Below, piece by piece: positions 54,411 through 54,443 of a stretch of DNA of 54,443 bases. A model generated the notes under the pieces. That model was not told where the DNA came from. It searched no databases and saw nothing but the letters and a program-made list of their open reading frames with translations. Location of the stretch: the IMG/VR virus record IMGVR_UViG_3300032093_000180, positions 1 through 54,443 of that record. The stretch is one strand, 5' to 3'. The DNA comes from a virus (taxonomy: Duplodnaviria; Caudoviricetes). Position 1 is the first letter of the stretch. Each line of letters starts with the position of its first letter. Both the position numbers and the translations under genes were made by a program.

Positions 54411-54443
54411 CCCACCAAATTATGCTACAGACCATACTACTTG

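Larger units (their letters stand above)
1..54443. mobile_element. Tailed dsDNA bacteriophage genome segment (podovirus-like, near complete)
   Basis: Terminase, portal, capsid, lysis, ejection-type proteins and a phage replication module in two convergent arms; no host housekeeping operons. Confidence 0.97.

Noticed and set aside
1-54443. Stop-codon reassignment
   Set aside because: Core genes are full length in the standard code and TAA, TGA and TAG all serve as stops

Overview
The window is most of the genome of a tailed dsDNA phage with a podovirus-like layout. The host is probably a betaproteobacterium, inferred from moderately high GC and an RpoD-like sigma region 4. The + strand arm (1-15.7 kb) holds a mosaic of short early genes, then a replication module: VRR-NUC nuclease, family A DNA polymerase, an orphan sigma70 region-4 protein, Cas4/AddB-like nuclease, SNF2 helicase, HNH nucleases, a probable SSB, HTH regulators and a primase-DUF927 helicase. 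The - strand arm (53.3 to 15.8 kb) is the virion operon: TerS/TerL, portal, GroES, scaffold, capsid, small basic proteins, head-tail and tail proteins, modular fibre genes, holin and lysozyme, and three probable ejection proteins. After about 450 bp of non-coding DNA a new + strand early operon starts at 53.77 kb. No integrase, tRNA, CRISPR array or reverse transcriptase was recognised. The best leads are: (1) a [FYMAL]-[AKS]-x-G-G motif found about 16 times in seven late proteins, plus a shared C-terminal DGxxxKGxTx(G/C) tail; (2) a DDxxD prenyltransferase-like enzyme placed directly before an ejection protein that starts with an aromatic leader and Gly7; (3) several structured non-coding RNAs, including a promoter/terminator-bounded sRNA showing anti-Shine-Dalgarno tracts; (4) early gene cassettes with shared junction repeats. 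All family assignments come from motifs recognised by eye, not from database searches.
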